Part shown: one piece after another, positions 50,619-63,702 of the stretch
How the letters are laid out: each line of letters starts with the position of its first letter
Position numbering within the stretch: the stretch's first letter is position 1
From: Octopus sinensis
Lineage: Eukaryota
Assembly: GCF_006345805.1 (NCBI RefSeq)
Contig: NC_043020.1
Coordinates: forward strand, 6,386,001-6,450,000
Direction: 5' to 3'
DNA length: 64,000 nucleotides
Notes under the pieces: model-generated
Database searches by the model: none
Seen by the model: only the letters and a program-made list of their open reading frames with translations
What the model was told of the DNA's origin: nothing
Position numbers and translations under genes: made by a program

Positions 50619-53600
50619 TACATATACACAAGTGAATAGACAGACAAAATAAAATGACACTTAACACATTTGGTATAAGTTACTTTTATTATTTAATAAC
50701 ATTCTGATTCAATTCAGTGCAACCCAAAGTTTCATGGATTTGTGAAACGAACCTAACATCAAGATAAGGTAACTCAATGGAGCAAGTTCAAGATGATTTC
50801 TGGATACTGGGCTGCTATTGGTCAACGCAGGTCACATGGCATTGTTGATGCAGATGCATATCCCCATCTGTATTTCTAGGACCTAATACTTGCACAGGAT
50901 GTTGATGATACCTCTCTATCCTGTACAAGCATAAAGTCCGACAAATACAGACTGGGGTATGTATCTGATGTCCCATATCAATATCCTTTCTCCTGTAGAC
51001 ACAAGGTCTGAAATTTGGGGGAGGAGGGTAAGTCGATTACATCAACCCCAGTACTCAACTGGTACTTATTTTATCGACCTTGAAAGGATGAAAGGCAAAA
51101 TCGACCTCAGCAAAATTTGAACTCGGGACTTAAAGACAGACAAAATGCCGCAAAGCATTTTGTGCAGTATGTTCAGTTCTGTTAGCTCACCACGTTTTCC
51201 CATATCAACAACAGCTTGCGATCTGCCTTCACCAGTAACAGCCCAATCTTCAGGAACGATTGTGAAATTGTTCCATTCAGTTACCTTAGCCTGATGAGTT
51301 AGGTTAGACAAGCCCACAAAACTTTAAGTTGCATGAGGCTGAATCAAAGTGTAATTAAATAATATACATATCTGTATGTGTGTGTGTGTAGGGAAAACAA
51401 ATACAGAAATGAACAAAAGAAATACAGAAAAAATTTAAAGGTGTGAAGAAGCAGACAAGACTCATGCAAGGAAGTTACAAAAATGGTCCCTGATTCTACC
51501 TGATTGGAGGAATAGAGAGAAGAAACGGTAGATTGATTTGGTAAAGGTTTCATGGTATCAGGATTTCTCTGAAGAAAGAAAGAAAGAAAAAAAAACCAAA
51601 AGTCTTTGTTAGTAGTGTTAGTATAAATATTAATACATTCACCACACACCAATTAGTATTTAGAAGGTTAATAATGTTAATTAATAAGCATTTTGTAAAC
51701 ACGAAACTTCTTAAACCCTTTTGTGACCAGATTTCTAACAAAATATGCTGCTTGCGTGCTCCAAATTCATTCTGGAAATGATTGAGGATTTAGAGGGATT
51801 AAGTAAAATAACAGGTGTTTTTATTTTGAGCAGTCCTCTCGATCAGTGCTCCACAACCAGTATGCCGTGGCACACTGGTGTGCCACAGTGTAACCTGAAT
51901 GTAATTTTTTTCCCTTATGGTTTTTAGTAATACTTTTAGTTCAGCTGTACCGTCGGACTTTGAAAAGAATATTTTAGGTAGATGTGAGAGGCCAAATCTG
52001 GCCGGTTTGAACATTAAACACATAGAATATTTGGGCCTGATAAGCTAAAGGGCAAAACAAGGGGAGATTCTGGTGCATTAGAACCGAAAGCAGCTTTTGG
52101 TGAATTGGTCTCAAAAGGGTTCAATAATCAGTCAATCAAATCAATAGGTTAGATTTGTCCCAGACAAAACAAGAAAACATAAACAAACACAATTTAATGA
52201 TAATTAACAAAATAGCTAATTGAGATAAGATTACATTTCCCAAAATATGTTCTAATGAACCGCAGAGCTGCATGAAAGAAATTCTAAGATTCCCCAAAGT
52301 GTTTTGTAATAAAATTCAAGGAAAAATTTATTTTATTAAAAGAAAATGCTATTAGGCGTTTGGTTGTTGATTTTAATGAATAAAGTTTTTTCTCTTAATT
52401 TTTGTTTAATTAAAGGTTTTATTAAAATTAGGAATGGTGGGGATTGTCTGTTAAATATATAGGTATAGGTTCTGTGATTTTTTGAGGAAAACTATATAGG
52501 AAGTGGTGTAGATATGTGGTTAAGAGTTTCATTTTCCAATCCTGTGGTGTTGGGTTCAATATCACATCTCAGCACCTTGGCCAAGTGTCTTCTACTATAA
52601 TGGCCCTGGGTCGACCAAAGCCTTCTAAGTGGATTTGGGAGATGAAAACTGAAAGGAGCCCACTGTGTGTGTTTGTGTGTGTCTGTGTAGTGTGCGTGTG
52701 TGTATGTATGAGTATGTATAATCATGTATGTATGTGTGTATGCATCTGTGTATGTATGTATGTATGTATGTATGTATGCATGTATCTGCATGCATGTGTG
52801 TATGTATCTGCTTTTATGTGTGTGTGTATGTATGTGTATATGTATGTGTTTATATGTGTTTGTGTGTGTATACCTTAGCCTAGACATCACCTGATTGCTG
52901 TAAATAAGCATCACCATCATACAAGCAGGGTTGTTCGTTTCCAGTCTTCCATGGGAAAACATGCCTGGTTACAGGGAAACATTTTGCTTGGAAACAAGTG
53001 AGGGTTGGCAACAGGAAGAGGCATCTGGCCTTAGAAAAATCTGCCTCAGCAAATTCCATCTGACTCATGCAAACATGGAAAAGCAGACGTTAAACCTATG
53101 ATGTATAATGGGTTCCGTGCCAAAATAAGTTCAGAAAGAGCAGAGATAAGGTCTACTTTGTAACGTCTTATAACAGTAATACACTATCAGTGAGGGTGTG
53201 GCACTACTTTAGGGCTGATCTGCACGGAAAGAGTTGAAGTGAGGGAGATAAACTCAAGCAGAGATTCTTGGTTTGATTTATGTGTATCAGCAGTGAGAAC
53301 TTGAAATGAGTTCAGCATTTCAAAGATAAGAGGGTGGAACAGTTTCCAAAAAATCCACTGATTTACAAGGAGAGATGCACTAGGAAGATTGTATCTATAA
53401 TATAGATTATCTCCGAGGATAAGCCAATTGGATGGACAGTGGGCATATACCCCCATGCATATAATATCAAAATCGTGTGTGTGTGTGTCTGTGTGTCCCA
53501 CCAACACTTGATAACTGGTATTCTTATTTCTTTATTGCCCACAAGGGGCCAAACATAGAGGGGACAAACAAGGACAGAGAAAGGGATTAAGTCGATTACA

Positions 53601-55182
53601 TCGACCCCAGTGTGTAACTGTTACTTATTTTATCGACCCCAAAAGGGTGAAAGGCAAAGTCGACTTTGGCGGAATTTGAACTCAGAACATAACGGCAGAC
53701 GAAATGCCGCTAAGCATTTCACCCAGCGTGCTATCGTTTCTGCCAGCTCGCCGCCTTCACTTGATAACTGGTATTGGTGTGTTTAGGTGCCCTGTAACTA
53801 AGCAGATCAGCAAAAGAGACTGATAAAATGAGTACCAAAATTCCCCAAGGCGGTGCTCCAGCATGACCACAACCTAATAACTGAAACAGGTAAAAGATAA
53901 AAAATAAATAAAAGAGACAAAAATACTAAAGAAATTAAGACAAAGTAATGAAATAAATGCTCGTTAGGGTTAAAGAAGAAGGATACGCACAAAGTTAGTG
54001 TCATAGTGGTTAATATTTCGGTTAAATTGTTAGTTCGTTAAGTTAAATAATTAGTATTATATTTGGGAATGTTAAAATATTAATTTTTAAAAAATTACAT
54101 AAAAAGGGTAATTTGCAGTTACGCTGTTCGGAAAACTCACACAAGACTAATCAAGGCAGTTAGGACATCTTTCTTGAAAATATCTGTAGAAAGAGATTGT
54201 TTTTTTTTTTATGACATAATTTGTAAGTATGTAAGTAAAATTTCGGTAGAGTATATTAAAATTATTGAAGGTGAGGAGAAAATTGTGCTTGTTTTGGACA
54301 AACATGTTTCAACTTTTATACATTTTAGGTTAATAAGAAAACATACTGAGAATTGTGTAAAATAACTTTGTGGTCGAAAACCCCTGAGTTTATTACAAGT
54401 AAAAATGTTAAAATTGAGGGAGTTTTTTTTTACACAAAATTTAAGCGTTTATGGTGCATGGCATAGACATCATTATATATTGCACATTACAATCAAATGT
54501 TGCATGATTATCACATACTATTTAATTAACCCTTTGCCGGTTTGGTGTATCACATGTGATGATATACAGGATATATATTCTAGACATATTTATACTATGT
54601 ATGACACACATTCCCAACCACAGAAGATCTTGGGACTTATGAAAGGAAAGCTTTATACAGAGTCTTTTCTTCTCTAGGCACAAGGCCTGAAATTTTTGGG
54701 AAGGGGGCTAGTCGATTAGATCACCCCCAGTATGCAACTGGTACTTAATTTATCAACCCCAAAAGATGATGGAAGGCAAAGTCGACCTCAGAGGAATTTG
54801 AAGCTTTATGCAGAGTCTGCCACAAAAATATATACACACTTCAGGAAAGGAAAAATTTGTATAAATATTTTAATTCAGTGTTATTTGGAATTTGATAAAA
54901 CATCAAAAGAGGTGTCTATATTTATAGAGGTACTTATATACAAGTCAAATATTTATACAGATTTTACCTTGCCTGAAGTGTTTATACATTTCTTTGGTGG
55001 ATATAGTAAAAGAGTAAAAGAGGTAAGTTGTTTAATCCTTTTGCTACCAAATTTCTGTTGAAATTCAGTCTTTGTTTTATTTAGTTTTGAAAATTTGAAG
55101 AATTTAGTAAAATATGTTGGTGCAGGAGAGATAAATTAGCATGAAATTTGGATGGAAGGTTTTGATTTAGATAATTTTAATC

Positions 55183-55634
55183 CAGTGGTTCTCAAAGTGG
55201 GTGGTATTACCCACCTGGGAGTGGTAGAAAATTCCAAGGGGGCATTGAAGAAAAATAAAGTGATAATGGGGTAGTGATTCATGCAAAAAGTGGGGTGATA
55301 ATGGGGTAGAAATTTATGTAAAAAGTGGGGCAATAATGGAGTAGCAATTCATGTAAAAATTGGGGTGATAAAGGGGTAGAAATTTATGCAAAAAGTGGGG
55401 CAATAATGGAGTAGCAATTCATGTAAAACTTGGGGTGATAAAGGGGTAGAGATTCATGTAAAAGCAACAAAATAATGGGTTCGTTAGGTTAAGTTTTATT
55501 TGTGAAATACAGTTGGTTTGAATTTGCTTCAGAAATAGGTCTATATTTGTGATGGTCATTTGGGGGTGGGGGTGCTAGGAATGTGGCCAGGGTGTCAAGG
55601 GGGTGGCAGTCCAAAAAAAGTTTGGGAACCACTG
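55183..55634. mobile_element. hAT-type MITE with internal ~70-bp tandem repeats
   Basis: CAGTGGTTCTCAAA...TTTGGGAACCACTG termini; TSD TTTTAATC versus TTTTAA(CC/TG), 7 of 8 matching. Confidence 0.8.
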
Positions 55635-55640
55635 TTTTAA

Positions 55641-55867
55641 CCCTTTGCATGTCCTATATATCACATGTGAATTACAGGACATATTTCTCTGGTGTTATCA
55701 TACAGGATACACATTCCGCAATTTTTTTTCATCCATAGACTAATTTGGGACTTACGAAAGGAAAACTTTATATCACTCAGAACAGAAGAAACAAGGGCTA
55801 CCGAAAACCCTAAAAGCAAGCATGGACGTTTAGGACAAACATGAAAATACTTTGGACCAGCAAAGGG
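55641..55867. mobile_element. piggyBac-type (TTAA) MITE
   Basis: TTAA|CCCTTTGCATGTCC...GGACCAGCAAAGGG|TTAA; a related left end is at ~54529. Confidence 0.75.
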
Positions 55868-57585
55868 TTAATGTAACACATGACATAATTAAAACATAAA
55901 ACTGTCATCTCATATTTCATAATTATTAGCACATATTGCATACTCATTTGCGTACATTCCACACTGTCGTTACACGCTGCATAATCATCATTAAAAAGTA
56001 TTCATCACATTATTATATTGCATATTTATCATAACATGTGTAACAATAATTAAGTTCAAATAGCGTATATTTTTTATCACAAATTACATATATACCTGCG
56101 CACATTGCATAATTGGGATGAAATATGTGAATCCATCTCCAGCAGATGATAAACAGTGTATAGCTGTGTGTGTGTGTGTGTGTGATCATTATTACTTTGC
56201 GTCCATATTACTTGGCACAGGTTGAATGGTTTAAGGCGGCGAGCTGGCAGAAACGTTAGCACATCGGGCAAAATGTGTGGCCGTATTTCGTCTGCCGTTA
56301 CGTTCTGAGTTCAAATTCCGCCGAGGTCGACTTTGCCTCTCATCCTTTCGGGGCTGATAAATTAAGTACCAGCTCCGCACTGGGGTCGATGTAATCAACT
56401 TAATACCTATGTCTGTCCTTGTTTGTCCCCTCTGTGTTTAGCCCCTTGTGGGTAATAAAGAAATAGGTTTGCCTGGAAATGGTAAGCCAGAAAGCCACAT
56501 CAGGTTCCAGTCTGTTTTGCCTTGGTTTCTATGGTTGGATGCCCTTCCTTGTCATCATTTTAAAAACCACATTTCCCCTTTTCTATGTTTGCCTGGGTTT
56601 TGACAGATTATTAAGGGAGATTTTCTACAGCCCTACCTGGAAGTCCTTCCTCTCACCAACCCTCAACTGTTTCCAAGTAAGGTTTAATGGCTCGAGAAGG
56701 AACAAACATCTTGGCATTAATAGTTAAAACTATTTTATTGAAAAAGAAACGGTGAAATGATGACAGTGAACTTACCAGACATGCATACACACAAACACAG
56801 AGATTTTTTTACATACACGTGTATGTGTGTGTGTGTACAAAAACTTGCCAGCACCTCTTCCATACCATGCTATATATATATGGCAGGGTCGATGACAGGG
56901 TGCTGCCATTTGTCACCTTAAAAAGCCCTGCTCCAGCTTCACCTGCAGTTCACAACATCAAAGCTGAACAAAACACAAAGTCACGAATTTCTCAACACAA
57001 CACCAGGGAGTGGGGCAAGGGTCATAAACCCCCGCCACCACCACCGCCAGCGTCTCAATTTTAACCCCCAGAATTATTCCACATGCCAAAGACTAAATTA
57101 AACTCCATTATAGGCCAGTATATTAATTAAGTAATCAATGTTTTGTAATTAAACAGATGAGTATATACTGTAATTACTTTTCTGATTATAGGATGATTTG
57201 TCAGTTATTTTTCTAGTTATACACTCACTGCTGCAGTGTTGAATGTTCAAATTATTTACACACATTAAAACTGCTAATTATCTTAGTACGGATTACTAAT
57301 TATATTGTCATTAAGTCTTATTGTCTTATTCTCCCAGTCTCTTTACATGGCCACTGGCAATCTTAATTATATATACACACATGCACATATACACCCACAC
57401 ACACGCAAATATACGCACACACACACACACACACAGGTGCAGGCTTGGCTATATGGTTAAGAAGCTTTGCTTCCCGACCTCGTGGCTTCAGGCTCAGTTG
57501 CACTGTGTGTCGCCTTGGACAAGTGACTTCTATTATAGCCTCAGGCCAACCATAGCCTTGCACATGGAAACTGAAAGAAGCCTGT

Positions 57586-57617
<32 letters not shown>

Positions 57618-58439
57618 GACCACTTGGAAGGCCTCCATGAAGGTGGAGTTACGATTTCAGGAGAGCAATTGGGATCACGTGGATGAGAAAGGCGCGATCC
57701 AGAGAGGAGTGGACAGTGTGCTGTGACCAGCGGTGTCAAATGGACACCTGGCGGACTGGTCAGTCAAGGTGAAGGCGGCGAGCTGGCAGACACGTTAGTG
57801 CGCCGGGCAGAATGCTTAGCGGTATTTCGTCTGTCGTTACGTTCTGAGTTCAAATTCCGCCGAGGTCGACTTTGCCTTTCATCCTTTCGGGGTCGATAAA
57901 TAAAAGTACCAGTTATAAATCTAACTACAATATATGGACTTCCATATATGGACTGATTATGTAGCTTAAATTCTACATTACTTAAAGGATTTTTTGCATT
58001 TTGCATTAATACAGGCATGTAAGTAATTTATTATTAAATATAATAATATAAATTATCTACAGGCCTTAAGTTACGAAACAATTTGTTGCAAAATTAGAAT
58101 CTATGACTTTATATATGAGAGAGAGAGAGACAGACAGACAGATAGAGTGAAAGGTATGTCTTAGTATTGTGATGGTTGTAAACAAACATCACCAAACATA
58201 CAGGTGTTCATTTCAAGTCTTCTGGGAAAAAATGTCTGGTCATAGGGAAATATCTTATTTGGAAACAGGTGAGGGTTGGTCAGAAGGGCATCCAGCTATA
58301 GAAGACCTGCCTCATCTATACAAGCATGGAAAAGTGGACATTAAAATGCTGATGATGGTTCGTGTGTGTGCGTCAGGATGTCATGATAGATCGTTAGCTC
58401 CTACACGCATCTTTTTCTCTCCTTATTTTTTTCTGTGTA

Positions 58440-58477
58440 TCTTTCTGTCGAAGAGCGTAGGCTCGAAACGTAAAAGA
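58440..58477 (+). ncRNA. Minimal type I hammerhead ribozyme-like fold (variant core)
   Basis: TCTTT-CTGTCGA-A-GAGC(GTAG)GCTC-GAAA-CGTA-AAAGA. Confidence 0.55.
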
Positions 58478-58574
58478 CTTTTTCTATTCCTGAGCGCTAT
58501 ACTAATACATTTGTTTGTTTGTACTCCACCTGCCTTCGTCTTTTGTTTATTTTCATATACATACATACATACAT

Positions 58575-58608
<34 letters not shown>

Positions 58609-58903
58609 GCACCGTCCAACCCATGCTAGCATGGAAAACGGACGCTAAACGATGATGATGATGATGATGATGATATATATGCACATGCACAAATATACTT
58701 AGAGACACCATCAGCATGAAAAGCAATAGTTAAGTTAGTTTTAACATATTTAATGCCGGAAACATCAAGAATGAGAAATAATTGTAAAGTCGGGGAAAAA
58801 ATAATATTGTTTTATGCACCTAAAGATAATTAGAAGCAAATTAGCTAATTAGCTTTTTGACGCTTCCTACACTGAATATGTATGTATCTCTCTGTCTCTC
58901 TCT

Positions 58904-58969
<66 letters not shown>

Positions 58970-59157
58970 TGTGTGTGTGTACGTATATGTACATATATAT
59001 AATATATATATGTGGTGTTGTGTGTGTGTGTACGTATATGTAACATATATATTATGTGTTGTGTGTGTGTACGTATATATGTACATATATTATGTGTTGT
59101 GTGTACGTATTGTACATATATATATATATATGTGTGTGTGTGTATACGTATATGTAC

Positions 59158-59189
<32 letters not shown>

Positions 59190-59243
59190 ACGTATATGTA
59201 CATATATATATATATATATGTGTGTGTGTGTACGTATATGTAC

Positions 59244-59275
<32 letters not shown>

Positions 59276-59565
59276 ATACGTATATGTACATATATATATG
59301 GTACATATATATATATAGCTCGTGTGAGCTAACACCATACTGACTTCATGTGAAACATGTATTTTTGTGGTTGAAACCTTTTGGATTTTCTAGTGCTAGA
59401 ATGAGCCACATAGTGACCATTCTCTTATATCTATTTTTTGTATAATATATAATATATTATAAAATATTATAATAATCCAGGTTTCTCGAGGCACTGGGCC
59501 ACTTGTGGGATGAGTGAAATACTATATACTATTAAATTAGTATCTAATTCTCTCACCCTTATTAA

Positions 59566-59611
<46 letters not shown>

Positions 59612-59626
59612 GTATATATATATATG

Positions 59627-59699
<73 letters not shown>

Positions 59700-59939
59700 G
59701 TGTATATATATAATATATATATGTATGTATATATATGTTTATATATATGTAACATATAGATATATATATGTACAACAGACAGACAGACAGATAAACTTGA
59801 AATAGGTGGTTTTTGCACTAGCTGCCCCCAGTGTTTCTGACCCACTTCCCCTATACATTCTGTTGAACCTTCTCAAAAATTTAACTCCCCATGGTTATTT
59901 GGGAACAAGTGAATTTCTATTTCTGTTTTACTTGTTTAT

Positions 59940-60046
59940 ATGTTTAAAGTTTGCCTGATGATGGTGTAATCTAAGAATGGGTCAATAAAATGCTACCGAA
60001 ACGTTGTTGTGAATTTTAAACCTTACTTGCGTTCTTCTTTATAGAT
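59940..60046 (+). mobile_element. Penelope-like element terminal (pLTR) remnant with a CTGATGA...GAAAC motif
   Basis: cCTGATGAtGGT...ACCGAAACGTTg resembles the typical PLE terminal signature. Confidence 0.4.
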
Positions 60047-60312
60047 TTCATGTGAAACTAAGAAGCAATGCACAGTACCAGAATTTTTGACTGAAGTGAA
60101 ACAACAAACTACTCCATATTGTTGTTGGAGTAACCCATGTAAGTGGATTCCAAACTGGCCAGTTTGTATTGGCGTTAGGAAGGGCATCCAGCTGTAGAAA
60201 CTTTGCCAGATCAGATTGTAGCTTGGTGCAGCCTTCTGGCTTGCCAGCCCTCAGTCGGGTCATCCAACCCATGCCTACATGGAAAGCAGACGTTAAATGG
60301 CAATGATGATGA

Positions 60313-60347
<35 letters not shown>

Positions 60348-60506
60348 TATGGTTAAAAGTTTGCTTCCTAACCACATGTTTTTGGGTTGTCCCAGGAGAG
60401 GGGACATTGGGTAAGTGTCTTCTACTATAGCCCTGGGCCAACTAAAGACTCATGAGTGGATTTGGTTGAAGGAAACTGAAAGCAGATCATATAAGTTGTA
60501 ATAATG

Positions 60507-60752
60507 AAGTCAAACTAAATAGTGATATTTTGAAATTATTTAATACGTACATTTCAGGTCTGCATAATACATAATATATATAATAAGAAATGCATCTACT
60601 ACATAAGAACTTCCTCAGTTAAAAACTTTCATATTTGGAAATGTTTTAACTGAGGAAGTTATTACATAATGGATGCATTTTCAATTATATATTATACAGG
60701 CCTGAAACAAGTGTATTAAATTATTTCAAAACATCACAATTTGGTTTGACTT
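60507..60752. repeat. ~246-bp imperfect palindrome (foldback element)
   Basis: The left arm AAGTCAAAC...CTTCCTCAGTTAAAA is the reverse complement of the right arm TTTTAACTGAGGAAG...GTTTGACTT around a short central loop. Confidence 0.9.
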
Positions 60753-60772
60753 GAGAGAGAGAGAGCGAGAGA

Positions 60773-60827
<55 letters not shown>

Positions 60828-62318
60828 GCTATCTCTCAAATACTCCCCTGCATTTAGTAAGGGGACTTTTTTACCTTTTCCACTCTTCTTCAGTCTCGCA
60901 ACTTATTTGGCAACCTCACTGGTGCCAGTGACATGAAAAGAGCACGCAATACACACTGTAAAGTGGTGGGCATTAGAAGGCATCCAGGCATATAAATATA
61001 TATGTACATGTTTGTGTGTGTTGTCTTCTACTATTCATTTCACTCAATATTAAATGTTCTGAAGATGCTTTTACCAAAAAAAAAAACTGAAGTTGCAGAC
61101 GTTCCAACTAGTGCCACCCCCACCCATCAACTGACTACTTCTAAGACAACAGGATCTGATTTGAGGCAATTTTGCTGCTATTTCTAGCATGTCAAGCAAC
61201 AACATAGTGAGTCACTCATTTCTTCAAACAACTTGAGCACATTAAAGAATATTGGCCTTGATTGACAAAAAAGTAGGGATGGCCAAGGATGGAATGCTTT
61301 TGGCCATAGTATAGTAGAGTCCCCTATACATAGCACTGCAAGTAGTAAAACACTTTGATTAACTGAGGTTATCCATGCAATTAGTAGACAAAGCCTCCTT
61401 TAAGAGTATTTTAAACATTGGAAACAACAATAGAAATAACTTCAATAATCTCAGCTGATTGAAATCTTGGGACAACATAATGCAGATGATGGAGGTCTAG
61501 TCTTCAAAGACATGTTTCAGCCTTATTAGAAACTCATTAGAAAAGCGCATTGTGAGTGAGTCCTCATGCATGAAATAGTTTGAGTTGGAAAAAAACTGAG
61601 ATTACCCAAAGAATTAATAAGCAAAATCTATTTCTAGAAAACACATTTAAAATTTCAAACTGTAAGCAAGGGAGATAATTCCAATACGATTAGATGACTG
61701 AAGTTTTTGTACAATGCTGAATGGAGTTTCAGAACATGAGATCATCAGACTAAATTGTTTCACAGCATACAGTTTCAATTCTCCACATCCTGAGTTCAAA
61801 TCTGATGAAAACAAGAACCCTGTTTTAGATGGTTGATCCTCAACTTGAATGTTTTACAGTATACACCTTCAGTTCTCTAGGTTCCAAGTTCAAATCCACT
61901 TTAACACCAAGATGTCCTCATCTTGAGCCATTGACAATTTTCTACACAATCATGTCACTTGATAAGAAACAACAGCCAATTCTACCTCAAATCACATCCT
62001 ACCATTTTTAACAAAGAAAGAACATACCAGATGATGTAATGCGAGGTTGAATATACCTTGGAAAAAAAAGGGGGAGGGTAGCCAGGGCTAGAAGCACCTT
62101 GGTCATTCATCTGCTGGATTAAATTGACCAGGCAGTAAATAACTGCAATAACAACAACAACAAAATTTCAGAATGTCTCAATTAATTAATTGTGATGTTA
62201 ATGAGGTACCAGAACTTTCTGGAAAGTAAGGGAGATAATAAAAAGGGGAGTTAAGCAGGATAACTTGGGTAAAATTTAAATTTTTTAAAAAATGAAAAAA
62301 CATTAATTATAATCTTAC

Positions 62319-62372
62319 CGATATGTGGTGGTAATTAACCCAATCAAGGTGTTGTAATCCAGTGCTGTCCAT
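62319..62372 (-). CDS. SCHIP1: Probable first coding exon (MDSTGLQHLDWVNYHHIS)
   Basis: ATG at 62372 in an ACAATGG context with an in-frame upstream TAA. Donor TCG|gtaaga in phase 0 matches the 47850 exon. A possible acceptor ttctctgcttag| at 62378 would make the exon 62319-62377. Confidence 0.55.
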
Positions 62373-63089
62373 TGTCTCTAAGCAGAGAACATTCAACAAG
62401 ATTCTTGCTTTGCTTTATGATAATGTTAATTCAAGATAATCCCAAAGATTATCAGTTTCATTGGTTGGTCCTTAAACTGAAATAAAAAATAAAAAATGAT
62501 TTTAGGCACAAAGCCAGCAATTTAGAGTGGGGTGGGTGGGGAAGTAGTCAATGCCATTGACCTCAGTATATGACCGGTACTTTATTTTATTGACCCCTCC
62601 AAATGGATGAAAGTTGACATCAGTGGCATTTGAGCTCAGAATGAGAACCAGAAGTTGTGGTTGTTGTGCTGGTAGTAGTTGATGGTGGTATTAATTGTAA
62701 ATGTAGTGGTGGTGGTGGTGGTGGTGGTATGTGCAAAAGTAGCACTGTTGGTAACAGTAGTGGTGGTAGTAACTGTTGTACATTGAAGTCCTAATTAGTA
62801 TAACGAATGTTGTTCATTTGTTTAAATAATTAAAACCCGCCAGTCACATGACAAGCATGAGTTTTATGTGAAATTGTGTTTTATATATTTTGCAATTAAA
62901 ACAAACAGGGACATACAATTCGTTGCTATTATGTTAAACTGTTGTATGTCCAAATTTGGCCAATTTTTTTCAATATTTACTTTTGCTTGCAATAGCCAGT
63001 TTTTTTGGTCAAACTATCCTATCTCCAGCTGCTTCAGATGCCAAGATATCAAAAATTGTCAAAGAGTAATACAACAGTTTTGCTATGAA

Positions 63090-63570
63090 ATGGTGAAACA
63101 GAACGCCTTACTTCCCTGGGCATGGACACATTGAAACTCCGACGTCTGGCAGCTGACTTGGCAGACACCCATAAAATTATTAACCATCTTACAAACAATA
63201 ACTCTGAGCACCTTTTCAAACTCCACCAGTCTAACACCCGTGGACATGTTTACAAAGTCAGAAAACAGCACAGCTCCCATGACTTTTGGAAACATTTTTT
63301 CACGCTAAGAGCTGCTGAAGTATGGAACAGACTGCCGGCATCAGTTGTTAGTTGTCGGAGCACTGTATCCTTCAAAACTTCCATGCTTTCTGAGATCCGC
63401 CAACACTACACCTGATTTTCACCCCTTCATACACACGCAAGCATGTATCTGACTCATACACTGTTCACTTTCCAGACATTTGTACATTACTGCATATGCT
63501 TTATACGCACTTTTGACAAGGTGTGGTGCACCTGAGCACTGTATACAATAATTTCATTATTATTATTATT
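63090..63570 (+). mobile_element. 3' end of a CR1/L2-clade LINE
   Basis: LKLRRLAADLADTHKII...TRGHVYKV...FFTLRAAEVWNRLPASVV...FK is a typical ORF2 C-terminus, followed by a 3' UTR and (ATT)n tail. Confidence 0.85.
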
Positions 63571-63702
63571 TTAATTTTCTCATTTTCTGAAAAAGCAGCA
63601 TTTTGGACTTAATAGCAACGAATTGATTTCATCGCTACAGGATCATAGTTAATATTGTTACCCCTTCTCATACGTTCTGCTGTTGGTTGTGCTTCTGCTA
63701 CA

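Noticed and set aside
56776-56830. Alternative first exon ending at a GTAAGT donor (56775)
   Set aside because: The nearby ATGs give phase 1 or 2, and the phase-0 frame needed to join the 47850 exon has an upstream stop and no ATG.
295-59845. Numerous ORFs rich in HT/CV/YI/ER/poly-V/poly-T in the track
   Set aside because: They are translations of (CA), (TA), (GA) and trinucleotide microsatellites.
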